From: a virus
Lineage: Duplodnaviria; Heunggongvirae; Uroviricota; Caudoviricetes
Length of the DNA: 43,975 bases
Reading direction: 5' to 3' (one strand)
Virus record (IMG/VR): IMGVR_UViG_3300036766_001364
Span: 128,001-171,975 of that record
The notes beneath the pieces were generated by a model that was not told the DNA's origin, searched no databases, and saw only the letters and a program-made list of their open reading frames with translations. Shown in pieces: positions 37,846 through 43,975 of the stretch (position 1 is the first letter of the stretch; every line of letters begins with the position of its first letter). A program made the translations under genes and the position numbers.

Positions 37846-37882
37846 CAAAATAGTCCCAACATCAAAAGCAGGAGTGAATCCC
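37833..37882 (+). repeat. Cassette element 8 (-10 degenerate, CAAAAT)
   Basis: gctctctcgtgacaaaatagtcccaacatcaaaagcaggag. Confidence 0.85.
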
Positions 37883-38347
37883 ATGGCGACGGAGTTCGTA
37901 AGGATCGCGGCCGATCGCGTCATCGTGGCGCCGTTCTCGATCGATCAAGCAGTCTGGCACGTCGCGCGCGCCAGGCAGAAGATCGAGACTCCGTGCCCGT
38001 TCTGCGCCGGCGGGGGATACGCTGTCGGCAAAGACGGCTCGAACGCGAGCTGCCCCAAGTGCATGACGAGGGCGGTCATCGTCGCTTACCTCGACGAAGC
38101 GTGGGCGGTCGACGATCGCGCGATGACCGTCGGGCAGATCAGGCTCGCCTACACCGGCGGACACCGAGCTTCCAGCGAGCGGTCGATCAACTACGGCTCA
38201 CAGAAAGAGAGCGTCGAGTGGCGCTTCATGTGCTACGAGACGGGCATCGGATCGGGGTCGCTGTGGGATCCCAAGGACCTGTTCGCTTCGCGTGAGACGG
38301 CGCAGGCGGCGTGCGACACGAGGAATGCCGCGCCGTCTCTCTCGTGA
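37883..38347 (+). CDS. Zn-finger (CxxCxGxG) hypothetical protein
   Basis: CPFCAGGG...CPKC; ETGIGSGS.W...LF motif; stop inside element 9. Confidence 0.75.
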   Translation: MATEFVRIAADRVIVAPFSIDQAVWHVARARQKIETPCPFCAGGGYAVGKDGSNASCPKCMTRAVIVAYLDEAWAVDDRAMTVGQIRLAYTGGHRASSERSINYGSQKESVEWRFMCYETGIGSGSLWDPKDLFASRETAQAACDTRNAAPSLS

Positions 38348-38383
38348 TAAGATAGATCCAACAACGCAGCACGGAGGCCAGCG
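38336..38383 (+). repeat. Cassette element 9
   Basis: tctctctcgtgataagatagatccaacaacgcagcacggagg. Confidence 0.9.
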
Positions 38384-38851
38384 ATGGCACTGACGATCGA
38401 AAAGAACGCCGACGGCAAGTGGGCGCTCACAGACACCGAAGCAAACACGGTCGAGCTGTTCCGCAGCCGGACCGGGGCCGACGCCAAGCGCACCGTCCTC
38501 TTCAATCGGCGCGACGCCGCGGACCTCAAGGCGCGTCAGGACTGGGCGGCCGCGATGCCTCAGGCGAGCAAGGATAGCGTCGACCACGCGATCAAAGACG
38601 CCGAGCGGCGTCTCGTTGACGCTGAAGACCGCGTCAAACGCGGGGCCGTGCGCATCAAGGAGAGGATGGAAAGCGTGCTCGCTGGGATGGAGCGCGGCCG
38701 GTATCCGAACTGTCTCGGAGAGCTGCAGTTTTCGGGCGTTGAGTTCGACCGCCTCTGCGGCGAGTTGGATCGCGCGAAGCACGAGCTGGTCGCCGTCCAG
38801 GACGTGTTCAAGCATGCGTTCGGCCGGGAGGACGAACCCGCCCTTAAGTAG
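38384..38851 (+). CDS. Hypothetical coiled-coil protein
   Basis: ATG after GGAGG. Confidence 0.7.
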   Translation: MALTIEKNADGKWALTDTEANTVELFRSRTGADAKRTVLFNRRDAADLKARQDWAAAMPQASKDSVDHAIKDAERRLVDAEDRVKRGAVRIKERMESVLAGMERGRYPNCLGELQFSGVEFDRLCGELDRAKHELVAVQDVFKHAFGREDEPALK

Positions 38852-38861
38852 GGGGCCCACG

Positions 38862-38910
38862 GCTCTCTTGTGATACGATAGGCACAACAACGAAACAGAG
38901 AGGTACCCCC
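38862..38910 (+). repeat. Cassette element 10
   Basis: gctctcttgtgatacgataggcacaacaacgaaacagagagg (leader nearly identical to element 5). Confidence 0.9.
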
Positions 38911-39342
38911 ATGATATCGATCGTCCGCACGCGCGAGCCGAAGGTCATCCAGCTCTACATCTCGCGCATGGACAGCTTCGGCGATCAGAACGACACGGTC
39001 CTGGACGCGGACACGCGCGAGCAGTTCGCCGACCACGCGATCCTCACGTGGCAGTTCGAGCACAACCGGTACCCGGGCGACGGCGCTGGGTCGATCGTGC
39101 GCGGGACGCTCGTGCTGGTGCAGGACCGCGGCTGCGTCTCCCACGGCGCGCCAGCCGGTTCGCGCTTCATAATCAAGGTCCTGGAGGGCGAGTTCGAGCG
39201 CGTTGGCCAGGCGGACATGCTGTTCGACGGCGACGTGACCGTGGAGTTCGACCAGGCGCGCCTGACCGCTCTCGTCAACGAGGTGAAGGCGGGCAAGCGC
39301 AGTCACGAGCCGCATCGCAGCTCGCAGCTCGCTGAGGCCTGA
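38911..39342 (+). CDS. Hypothetical cassette protein
   Basis: ATG after element 10. Confidence 0.7.
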   Translation: MISIVRTREPKVIQLYISRMDSFGDQNDTVLDADTREQFADHAILTWQFEHNRYPGDGAGSIVRGTLVLVQDRGCVSHGAPAGSRFIIKVLEGEFERVGQADMLFDGDVTVEFDQARLTALVNEVKAGKRSHEPHRSSQLAEA

Positions 39343-39353
39343 TCCCGAGGTCG

Positions 39354-39404
39354 GCTCTCTCGTGATAGAATAGCTTCAACCACAGAACACAGAAGGGGGC
39401 GATC
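39354..39404 (+). repeat. Cassette element 11
   Basis: gctctctcgtgatagaatagcttcaaccacagaacacagaagggg. Confidence 0.9.
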
Positions 39405-39626
39405 ATGCCAGCAGACGACATCGCCGAGATACGGACCGCCATCTTGAGCGAGGTGGCTTCGAACTTGGAGACTCTCGATTTCCTGGACGGCGGCGACGTC
39501 GGGTTCGCGGTCGGCGCGGTGTACGCCGCGGCGATCGAGGCCAACGCCATAACCGCCTGCTTCAGGCTCGAAGACGGGCGCGTGGTGACGGCGCGGTTCG
39601 CGCTCGTCAATCTCGAGGTCAAGTAG
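39405..39626 (+). CDS. Hypothetical acidic protein
   Basis: ATG after element 11. Confidence 0.6.
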   Translation: MPADDIAEIRTAILSEVASNLETLDFLDGGDVGFAVGAVYAAAIEANAITACFRLEDGRVVTARFALVNLEVK

Positions 39627-39660
39627 GAATGCCAGATCAAAAAAGAGCCAAACCGGCCAC

Positions 39661-39810
39661 ATGATCGCCATCACCGACGATCTCTACTGGAAGCTGCAAG
39701 AGGCGCCAGCTACGACCCGGACGACCGCCAACGTCGAATACCAGCGCGTGACGGCTCCCGCCTGGCTCGCAGCGTTCCTCACCTCGCAGGCACAGGAGGC
39801 GCAGGGATGA
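39661..39810 (+). CDS. 49-aa ORF whose 3' half duplicates the 3' end of the next gene
   Basis: Ends ...ANVEYQRVTAPAWLAAFLTSQAQEAQG*. Confidence 0.45.
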   Translation: MIAITDDLYWKLQEAPATTRTTANVEYQRVTAPAWLAAFLTSQAQEAQG

Positions 39811-40265
39811 GCGCAACCACTCCACGGATCACGCTCGCGATGCTGAAAGGCGCTTGTAGCGAGCAGCGCCACACCTTTCTCACTGAATGGCCGCAGGGCG
39901 CTGTGGCAACCCTCGAAAACGTCCAGCGCGCACAGGCTATTGGCCTTAATCTCGATTGGGGTACGTGCTGGTTCACGGCAACCGCCTACGCCGAATACGA
40001 GAGCGTGAGGATTGCCGCCCAAGCCGAATACCGGCTCGTGACGATTGCCGCACTCGCCGAATACCAGCGCGTGAGGATTGCCGCCAACGTCGAATACCAG
40101 CGCGTGAGGATTGCTGCCTGGCTCAAATACGAGAGCGTGACGGCTGCCGCCCAAGCCGAATACGAGAGCGTGAGGATTGCCGCCCAAGCCGAATACGAGA
40201 GCGTGACGGCTGCTGCCTGGCTCGCAGCGTTCCTCACCTCGCAGGCACAGGCGGTGCAGGGATGA
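39807..40265 (+). CDS. Protein with 11-aa (33-bp) helical repeats AEYESVRIAAQ
   Basis: GAC..Q...F...WP.G N-terminal domain followed by ~7 tandem 33-bp repeats. Confidence 0.8.
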   Translation: MSATTPRITLAMLKGACSEQRHTFLTEWPQGAVATLENVQRAQAIGLNLDWGTCWFTATAYAEYESVRIAAQAEYRLVTIAALAEYQRVRIAANVEYQRVRIAAWLKYESVTAAAQAEYESVRIAAQAEYESVTAAAWLAAFLTSQAQAVQG

Positions 40266-40470
40266 GCGATCAGCTAACCCGCGTAAGGTGCATAGAGCAG
40301 GCGGCGGACGACTACCGCCGATGAGGGCGGTTGCGACATCTGCGAGGCGGCAACGCATCAGAGCAGCGAATGCCCCCCCAGGAACCGCTGCCCATGTTCA
40401 TCGAGACGATGGCGGACGACGGCCTAGCTTCGTGAGCGAGTTCATCGACCGCTCTTCCGTGGTAGAATAG
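40262..40470 (+). pseudogene. Frameshifted zinc-knuckle gene remnant
   Basis: MSDQLTRVRC.., CDICEAATHQSSECP and QEPLPMFIETM lie in discontinuous frames; C7 run at ~40373-40379. Confidence 0.4.
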
Positions 40471-40499
40471 TCTCAGCAACAAAAGCACGGAGACCGACG
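40451..40499 (+). repeat. Cassette element 12
   Basis: gctcttccgtggtagaatagtctcagcaacaaaagcacggag. Confidence 0.9.
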
Positions 40500-40715
40500 A
40501 TGACCACCGACCTGCCCACCTGCATCCGCACCGGCTTGCCCATCAGGCCCGAGCTCTGGCCACCGCAGCCCGAGTATCGGGGCGCGCACAGGCCGTTCGT
40601 CGGCCCGATGGTCAGCGCTCGCCTGGCGTGGCTGCTGGACTCAGACCAGTTCACGGCCACTTACGGCTGGGGCTTTGAGTGGAAAGACCAATCGCTGGTG
40701 GTGAAGGCATCGTGA
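40500..40715 (+). CDS. Hypothetical cassette protein
   Basis: ATG after element 12. Confidence 0.6.
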   Translation: MTTDLPTCIRTGLPIRPELWPPQPEYRGAHRPFVGPMVSARLAWLLDSDQFTATYGWGFEWKDQSLVVKAS

Positions 40716-40733
40716 GCCAGGCGGGGGACTAGC

Positions 40734-40791
40734 GCTCTCACGTGATAAAATAGATCCAACAACAACAGAAAGCAGGGGGGGAGTCCTCGCC
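40734..40791 (+). repeat. Cassette element 13
   Basis: gctctcacgtgataaaatagatccaacaacaacagaaagcagggggggag. Confidence 0.9.
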
Positions 40792-41010
40792 ATGGCCACC
40801 GACCAGACCAGACAAGAAGCGCGCGACGATCAGCGCACGATCGAGCGCCTTGACGCCGCCGACGCGTACATCGCGAAGAACCTGCCCGGCGCTCAGCCGC
40901 TCTTCAAGTGCGTGGAGTGCGGCCGTCGCTTCCGCACGGTGAGCGCCGCAGAACGCGCAGTGGATGAGGGCTGCCCCAGATGCGGTGGCTCTGACGTCGA
41001 TCTGGCCTGA
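40792..41010 (+). CDS. Zn-ribbon protein (FmdB-like pattern)
   Basis: FKCVECGRRF...CPRCGGSDV. Confidence 0.75.
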   Translation: MATDQTRQEARDDQRTIERLDAADAYIAKNLPGAQPLFKCVECGRRFRTVSAAERAVDEGCPRCGGSDVDLA

Positions 41011-41052
41011 CTCTCTCGTGGTAAAATAACCACAGCAACAAAACACGGAGAC
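41010..41052 (+). repeat. Cassette element 14
   Basis: actctctcgtggtaaaataaccacagcaacaaaacacggag. Confidence 0.9.
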
Positions 41053-41265
41053 ATGACCATGGACTACCAGATCAAGCACAGGACGCTGCCGCGCGGCCTC
41101 TACCGCGCCAAAGCGACCCTCTATACGGCCATCGTCACCGACGAGCGCGGCGAGGTGGACCGCAAGGAGTTCGTCGTGGCGTGTGGATCAGGGAGTCCGC
41201 GGGCGCTCCTGCAGTGGCTCGATTCGTTCGGCTTCAGCGTCATCAAGACGCAGGTCGCCGCGTGA
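41053..41265 (+). CDS. Hypothetical cassette protein
   Basis: ATG after element 14. Confidence 0.65.
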   Translation: MTMDYQIKHRTLPRGLYRAKATLYTAIVTDERGEVDRKEFVVACGSGSPRALLQWLDSFGFSVIKTQVAA

Positions 41266-41480
41266 GCGCCCGCGTAGGGATCGTCTGTGACCAGTGCACC
41301 AACGTCGGCAAGATGGCCATCGGCCCGACTGTCTACGGCACCATCGACGACCTCCGCAGGTCATTGCGCTTGGGCGGCTGGAAGACCTACCGCGCCCCGG
41401 TCAGCCGGGTGCTGGACGTCTGCCCCAACTGCCTGGTGGAGCCACTCATCCCAGACGACTGGCGCGAGGTCGCTCCGTGA
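41262..41480 (+). CDS. Zn-binding protein
   Basis: CDQC...GW...D.CPNC; GTGA coupling. Confidence 0.7.
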   Translation: MSARVGIVCDQCTNVGKMAIGPTVYGTIDDLRRSLRLGGWKTYRAPVSRVLDVCPNCLVEPLIPDDWREVAP

Positions 41481-41660
41481 CTCAGGCCACATGCGGCGCG
41501 ACCCCTGATGCTGAAGACCGGCGAGACGCTGGCCTGCATCAAGATCGCCGGGCACGAGGCGCTGGACGAGACCAAGCTGTCGCAGTGCCACGCTGGCTTC
41601 CTCGATGGCGCGCGCAGACAGAAGATGCGCTTCTGGCGGGACGGCAAGGAGGTCCTGTAA
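41477..41660 (+). pseudogene. Cys/His protein with an apparent 1-nt frameshift in a C4 run
   Basis: VTQATCGAT then LMLKTGETLACIKIAGH...H in the next frame. Confidence 0.5.
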
Positions 41661-41664
41661 GGCC

Positions 41665-41713
41665 GCTCTCCCGTGATAAGATGGTCCCAACAACACAGCA
41701 CGGAGACACAGAG
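41665..41713 (+). repeat. Cassette element 15
   Basis: gctctcccgtgataagatggtcccaacaacacagcacggag. Confidence 0.9.
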
Positions 41714-41938
41714 ATGCAGACAGTACGACAGGCCGCCGAAGCGCGAGGGATCACCGAGTACGACACCGCGCTCCCGCAGCCGTGGGTCGACCTGGTGGTC
41801 GAGCGCTTCGGCAAGGATAACTACCCGTGCGGACACGTGGTGTGGTCATACGCGGGCGGCACGAACACGGGCTATCCGATGGCCGTGGACGCCTTCGGCG
41901 ACCGGCTGCTCGGGCGCATCGCGGCCAACCTGCGATGA
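41714..41938 (+). CDS. Hypothetical cassette protein
   Basis: MQTVRQAAEARGITEYDTALPQ.W...VWSY. Confidence 0.7.
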   Translation: MQTVRQAAEARGITEYDTALPQPWVDLVVERFGKDNYPCGHVVWSYAGGTNTGYPMAVDAFGDRLLGRIAANLR

Positions 41939-42087
41939 CGCTCATCGACCCGAAGGACTACCACATGGCCGACCAGGCCTGCAGCCAGTGCGGCAAGAAG
42001 ACCAAGGGCCTGTGGATGCCGCGCCGGCTGTGCAACGGATGTGACCGGAAGCGGCAGAATGCGCCGCGCTCTTCCGTGATAAAATAG
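41935..42087 (+). CDS. Small Zn-binding protein
   Basis: CSQCG...LCNGC; stop TAG inside element 16. Confidence 0.65.
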   Translation: MTLIDPKDYHMADQACSQCGKKTKGLWMPRRLCNGCDRKRQNAPRSSVIK

Positions 42088-42116
42088 ATCCAGCAACGCA
42101 ACATGGGAATACTCAA
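42068..42116 (+). repeat. Cassette element 16
   Basis: gctcttccgtgataaaatagatccagcaacgcaacatggga. Confidence 0.9.
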
Positions 42117-42338
42117 ATGTTCGTAGTCTTCCATCGCGAGTCGCCCGAAGATTTCACCACGCACCGTGGCAAGCGCTCGGTCCTCGACGAGATCCAGCCC
42201 ACTGGGTCGATGGCCGACGAATACTTCGTCATCGAGATCCGCGCCGGGAAAACGATCGGAGTCAGCTTCTCAGACGCATGAGTCCAGGACAATGGGTTCG
42301 ACGACGAATGGCTGGAAAAGAACGGGTACGCGGGGTAA
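42117..42338 (+). CDS. Hypothetical cassette protein with an internal in-frame TGA (42279-42281)
   Basis: MFVVFHRE...SFSDA*VQDNGFDDEWLEKNGYAG-TAA. Confidence 0.5.
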
Positions 42339-42350
42339 GGCCGGTTCACT

Positions 42351-42440
42351 CCGCTCTCGTGGTATGATATGGATCGCGCGGGGGGGCGTCCGACCACCAG
42401 TTTCCCGCCCCGCTTCCTAGTGGTCTAGGCGCCCACGCGT
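42351..42440 (+). ncRNA. Element 17 promoter followed by a stem-loop (candidate sRNA or structured leader)
   Basis: ccgctctcgtggtatgat, then gggcgtcc-gaccac...gtggtc-ta-ggcgccc pairing in place of the CAA leader. Confidence 0.4.
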
Positions 42441-42450
42441 GGAGTACCTG

Positions 42451-42639
42451 ATGAGCACGAAGGACAGACGGTTCGCCACGGTCGAGTGCGAATGCTGCCA
42501 CCGCGAGTTCGAGTCGGCCGTCACGGTCGACGGCTCGCCCCACGTGGCACACAAGGCGACGCGCGCAAGATGCTTCCGATGCCGCATGTCGTGCACGAAC
42601 CAGGTCGGCGACTGTCGCCTCTCTCCCGCGGTAGAATAG
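42451..42639 (+). CDS. Small Cys-rich Zn-binding protein
   Basis: CECC...CFRC; stop TAG inside element 18. Confidence 0.6.
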   Translation: MSTKDRRFATVECECCHREFESAVTVDGSPHVAHKATRARCFRCRMSCTNQVGDCRLSPAVE

Positions 42640-42673
42640 TCCCAACAGCAAAAGGGAGGACTCAAAAAAAAAG
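42620..42673 (+). repeat. Cassette element 18
   Basis: tctctcccgcggtagaatagtcccaacagcaaaagggagg. Confidence 0.9.
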
Positions 42674-42784
42674 ATGGACCAGAAGTGCTACGCGTGTCCG
42701 AACCGCGCGATCGCTTACATCGTGTTCGCCGGCAAACCGGCCAAACTGGCCTGCTACGACCACCTCGACGGGAAGGACTCCTGA
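42674..42784 (+). CDS. 36-aa Zn-binding microprotein
   Basis: MDQKCYACPNRA...LACYDH. Confidence 0.6.
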   Translation: MDQKCYACPNRAIAYIVFAGKPAKLACYDHLDGKDS

Positions 42785-42785
42785 G

Positions 42786-43031
42786 GTGGAACAGCTGTCC
42801 GTCGGAGCGGCGCTCCTGATCGCCGGGTTCGCCTGTCTCGGGTGGACGGCGTACGCACAGGCGCGCCGGCCAGCGCCCAGACCAGCGCCACCAGAACGGG
42901 TCCCAGTCGCGCCTAAGGCGCCCCGCGCCAAGCGACGGCCGCGCCCGATCGTAGACCTGGGCAGCGGCAGCACCGCGGCCGAGCGTGAGTCGCTCATGCG
43001 GGCCATCGAGGCTGCCGACCGCCGTGGTTGA
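42786..43031 (+). CDS. Single-TM protein with Pro/Arg-rich tail
   Basis: N-terminal TM segment. Confidence 0.55.
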   Translation: MEQLSVGAALLIAGFACLGWTAYAQARRPAPRPAPPERVPVAPKAPRAKRRPRPIVDLGSGSTAAERESLMRAIEAADRRG

Positions 43032-43368
43032 CAGCGTGGGCGTGTTCCTCTCTGGGCGGCCGAGGCAGCCCAGCGGGAAGGACCTGCTGCGCGCCGTCGC
43101 CGCCCGCGACTACAGCCTCGTCTTCGTGGACGACGCCGACGAGACGGTGTGGAACGGCGGGCCCATCGAGCCAGACTTCGTGACTGACGACCGCGTCCAA
43201 TGGCGCTTCTCGGTGGACATCAAGCGCGACTGCTACGTGGCCGGACTGGTCATCGAGTTCGGATCGTTCGACGAGCCGTATCGGCATCCGGTCAAGGACT
43301 CGGTGGCCGGGCGCATGAATGCCGGCGACACCCTGAACGTCGGCTTCGAGCTCACGTTCAGGCCGTAG
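43024..43368 (+). CDS. Hypothetical beta-rich protein
   Basis: Overlaps upstream stop; protein-like composition. Confidence 0.6.
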   Translation: MVDSVGVFLSGRPRQPSGKDLLRAVAARDYSLVFVDDADETVWNGGPIEPDFVTDDRVQWRFSVDIKRDCYVAGLVIEFGSFDEPYRHPVKDSVAGRMNAGDTLNVGFELTFRP

Positions 43369-43381
43369 AGGCCTCTCGCTC

Positions 43382-43429
43382 TCTCTCTCGTGATAAAATG
43401 ACGCCAGCAACAGCGCGAGGAGCAGCCAG
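43382..43429 (+). repeat. Cassette element 19
   Basis: tctctctcgtgataaaatgacgccagcaacagcgcgaggag. Confidence 0.9.
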
Positions 43430-43588
43430 ATGGCGGCGAAGAAGAGGGTCACATTCAGGAACATGGAGGCCGGCCGGGCGAACTGGGCGGTCTTCCTGGA
43501 CGGCGCGGCTGTCATCGTCGGCCTCGAAGAGAGCGACGTCAAGGACTACGCGCGGGACGTCAGCGAGTTCGTGGGCATCGAGAAGTAA
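43430..43588 (+). CDS. Hypothetical cassette protein (52 aa)
   Basis: MAAKKRVTFRNMEAG...; AGGAG RBS. Confidence 0.65.
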   Translation: MAAKKRVTFRNMEAGRANWAVFLDGAAVIVGLEESDVKDYARDVSEFVGIEK

Positions 43589-43611
43589 CCGTCCTGTAAC
43601 CGCTCTCGCTC

Positions 43612-43663
43612 GCTCTCACGCGCTACAATCAACACAACACAACAGGGAAAGGAACCCATCCCA
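43612..43663 (+). repeat. Cassette element 20
   Basis: gctctcacgcgctacaatcaacacaacacaacagggaaagga. Confidence 0.85.
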
Positions 43664-43975
43664 ATGAAGAAGCTTTACCTCCGCGACTACGAAGTCGCAC
43701 CCGAGGGCGCCGTCGTCGTGACGGGCCGGCTCGGCGGGCGGTACTTCGAGTACACCGACCGCGGTGATCGCCATCGCGACGCCGAGTTCACCGAATGGTT
43801 CTTGGCTCGCCCCAAGCTCCACACCGTCCACCTCAAGGCCCAGGCCGAAGCGCCCGCCGTCGAGGACCTCCACGTCGCCGGCGACGTGCCCGAAGAGCCC
43901 AAAGCGCAGATCGATGAAGTCGCCGCGCGCCGCGAGCACAAGAACCGGCTCGAACGCGATCGCCGCGCTCGCAAG
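43664..43975 (+). CDS. Hypothetical protein, 3' truncated by window end
   Basis: MKKLYLRDYEVAPEGAVVVTGRLGGRYFEY...; frame open to the end. Confidence 0.7.
   Translation, partial: MKKLYLRDYEVAPEGAVVVTGRLGGRYFEYTDRGDRHRDAEFTEWFLARPKLHTVHLKAQAEAPAVEDLHVAGDVPEEPKAQIDEVAARREHKNRLERDRRARK

Noticed and set aside
39725-40268. Diversity-generating retroelement (TR/VR pair)
   Set aside because: Differences between the copies are not adenine-specific (ccc/gct, gcg/gtg), and there is no reverse transcriptase in the window.
34623-43663. CRISPR array
   Set aside because: Repeats are degenerate and non-palindromic, and the intervening segments are 200-1100 bp coding sequences, not uniform spacers; no cas genes.
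34623-43663. Classical integron with attC sites
   Set aside because: No RYYYAAC/GTTRRRY boxes, no attC-like hairpins and no tyrosine recombinase in the window; the integron comparison is only an analogy.
1-43975. Genome-wide TGA recoding (code 4 or 25)
   Set aside because: TGA is the usual stop, with many ATGA/GTGA gene overlaps, and Trp is normally TGG; only two internal TGAs were seen.
1-43975. tRNA, rRNA, integrase or transposase
   Set aside because: No cloverleaf/T-loop signature or recombinase/transposase motif recognised by eye; tRNAscan and HMM searches are needed to exclude them fully.

Overview
GC-rich (roughly 65-70% by eye) fragment of a tailed dsDNA phage or prophage, siphovirus-like (tail tube, no sheath). 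No terminase, portal, capsid, polymerase or integrase lies in the window. Layout: lysis-type membrane genes, thyX and a pyrE-like gene (1-2.8 kb); head decoration/neck/tail module with a -1 frameshifting tail chaperone, a short tape measure, a hub protein and a 1939-aa protein carrying lysozyme-like and M23 domains (2.8-24 kb); an accessory block with a Tad1-like anti-defence sponge, Fic, ATP-grasp-like, zinc-finger, LuxR-type, DNA methyltransferase, DUF6527-like and Cys-peptidase-like genes (24-31 kb); a ~1 kb non-coding region with an 11-bp tandem repeat (candidate terminus or origin); and, most strikingly, a >9 kb array (34.6 kb to the window end) of small genes punctuated by 20 copies of a conserved element, GCTCTCNCGTGATAnrAT-N5-6-CAACAAC...SD...ATG. 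The element combines a -35-less promoter, a CAA-rich leader and an RBS. It often supplies the upstream gene's stop codon, which suggests a shuffled, integron-like cassette array. All family assignments come from motif recognition by eye; no database search was run.
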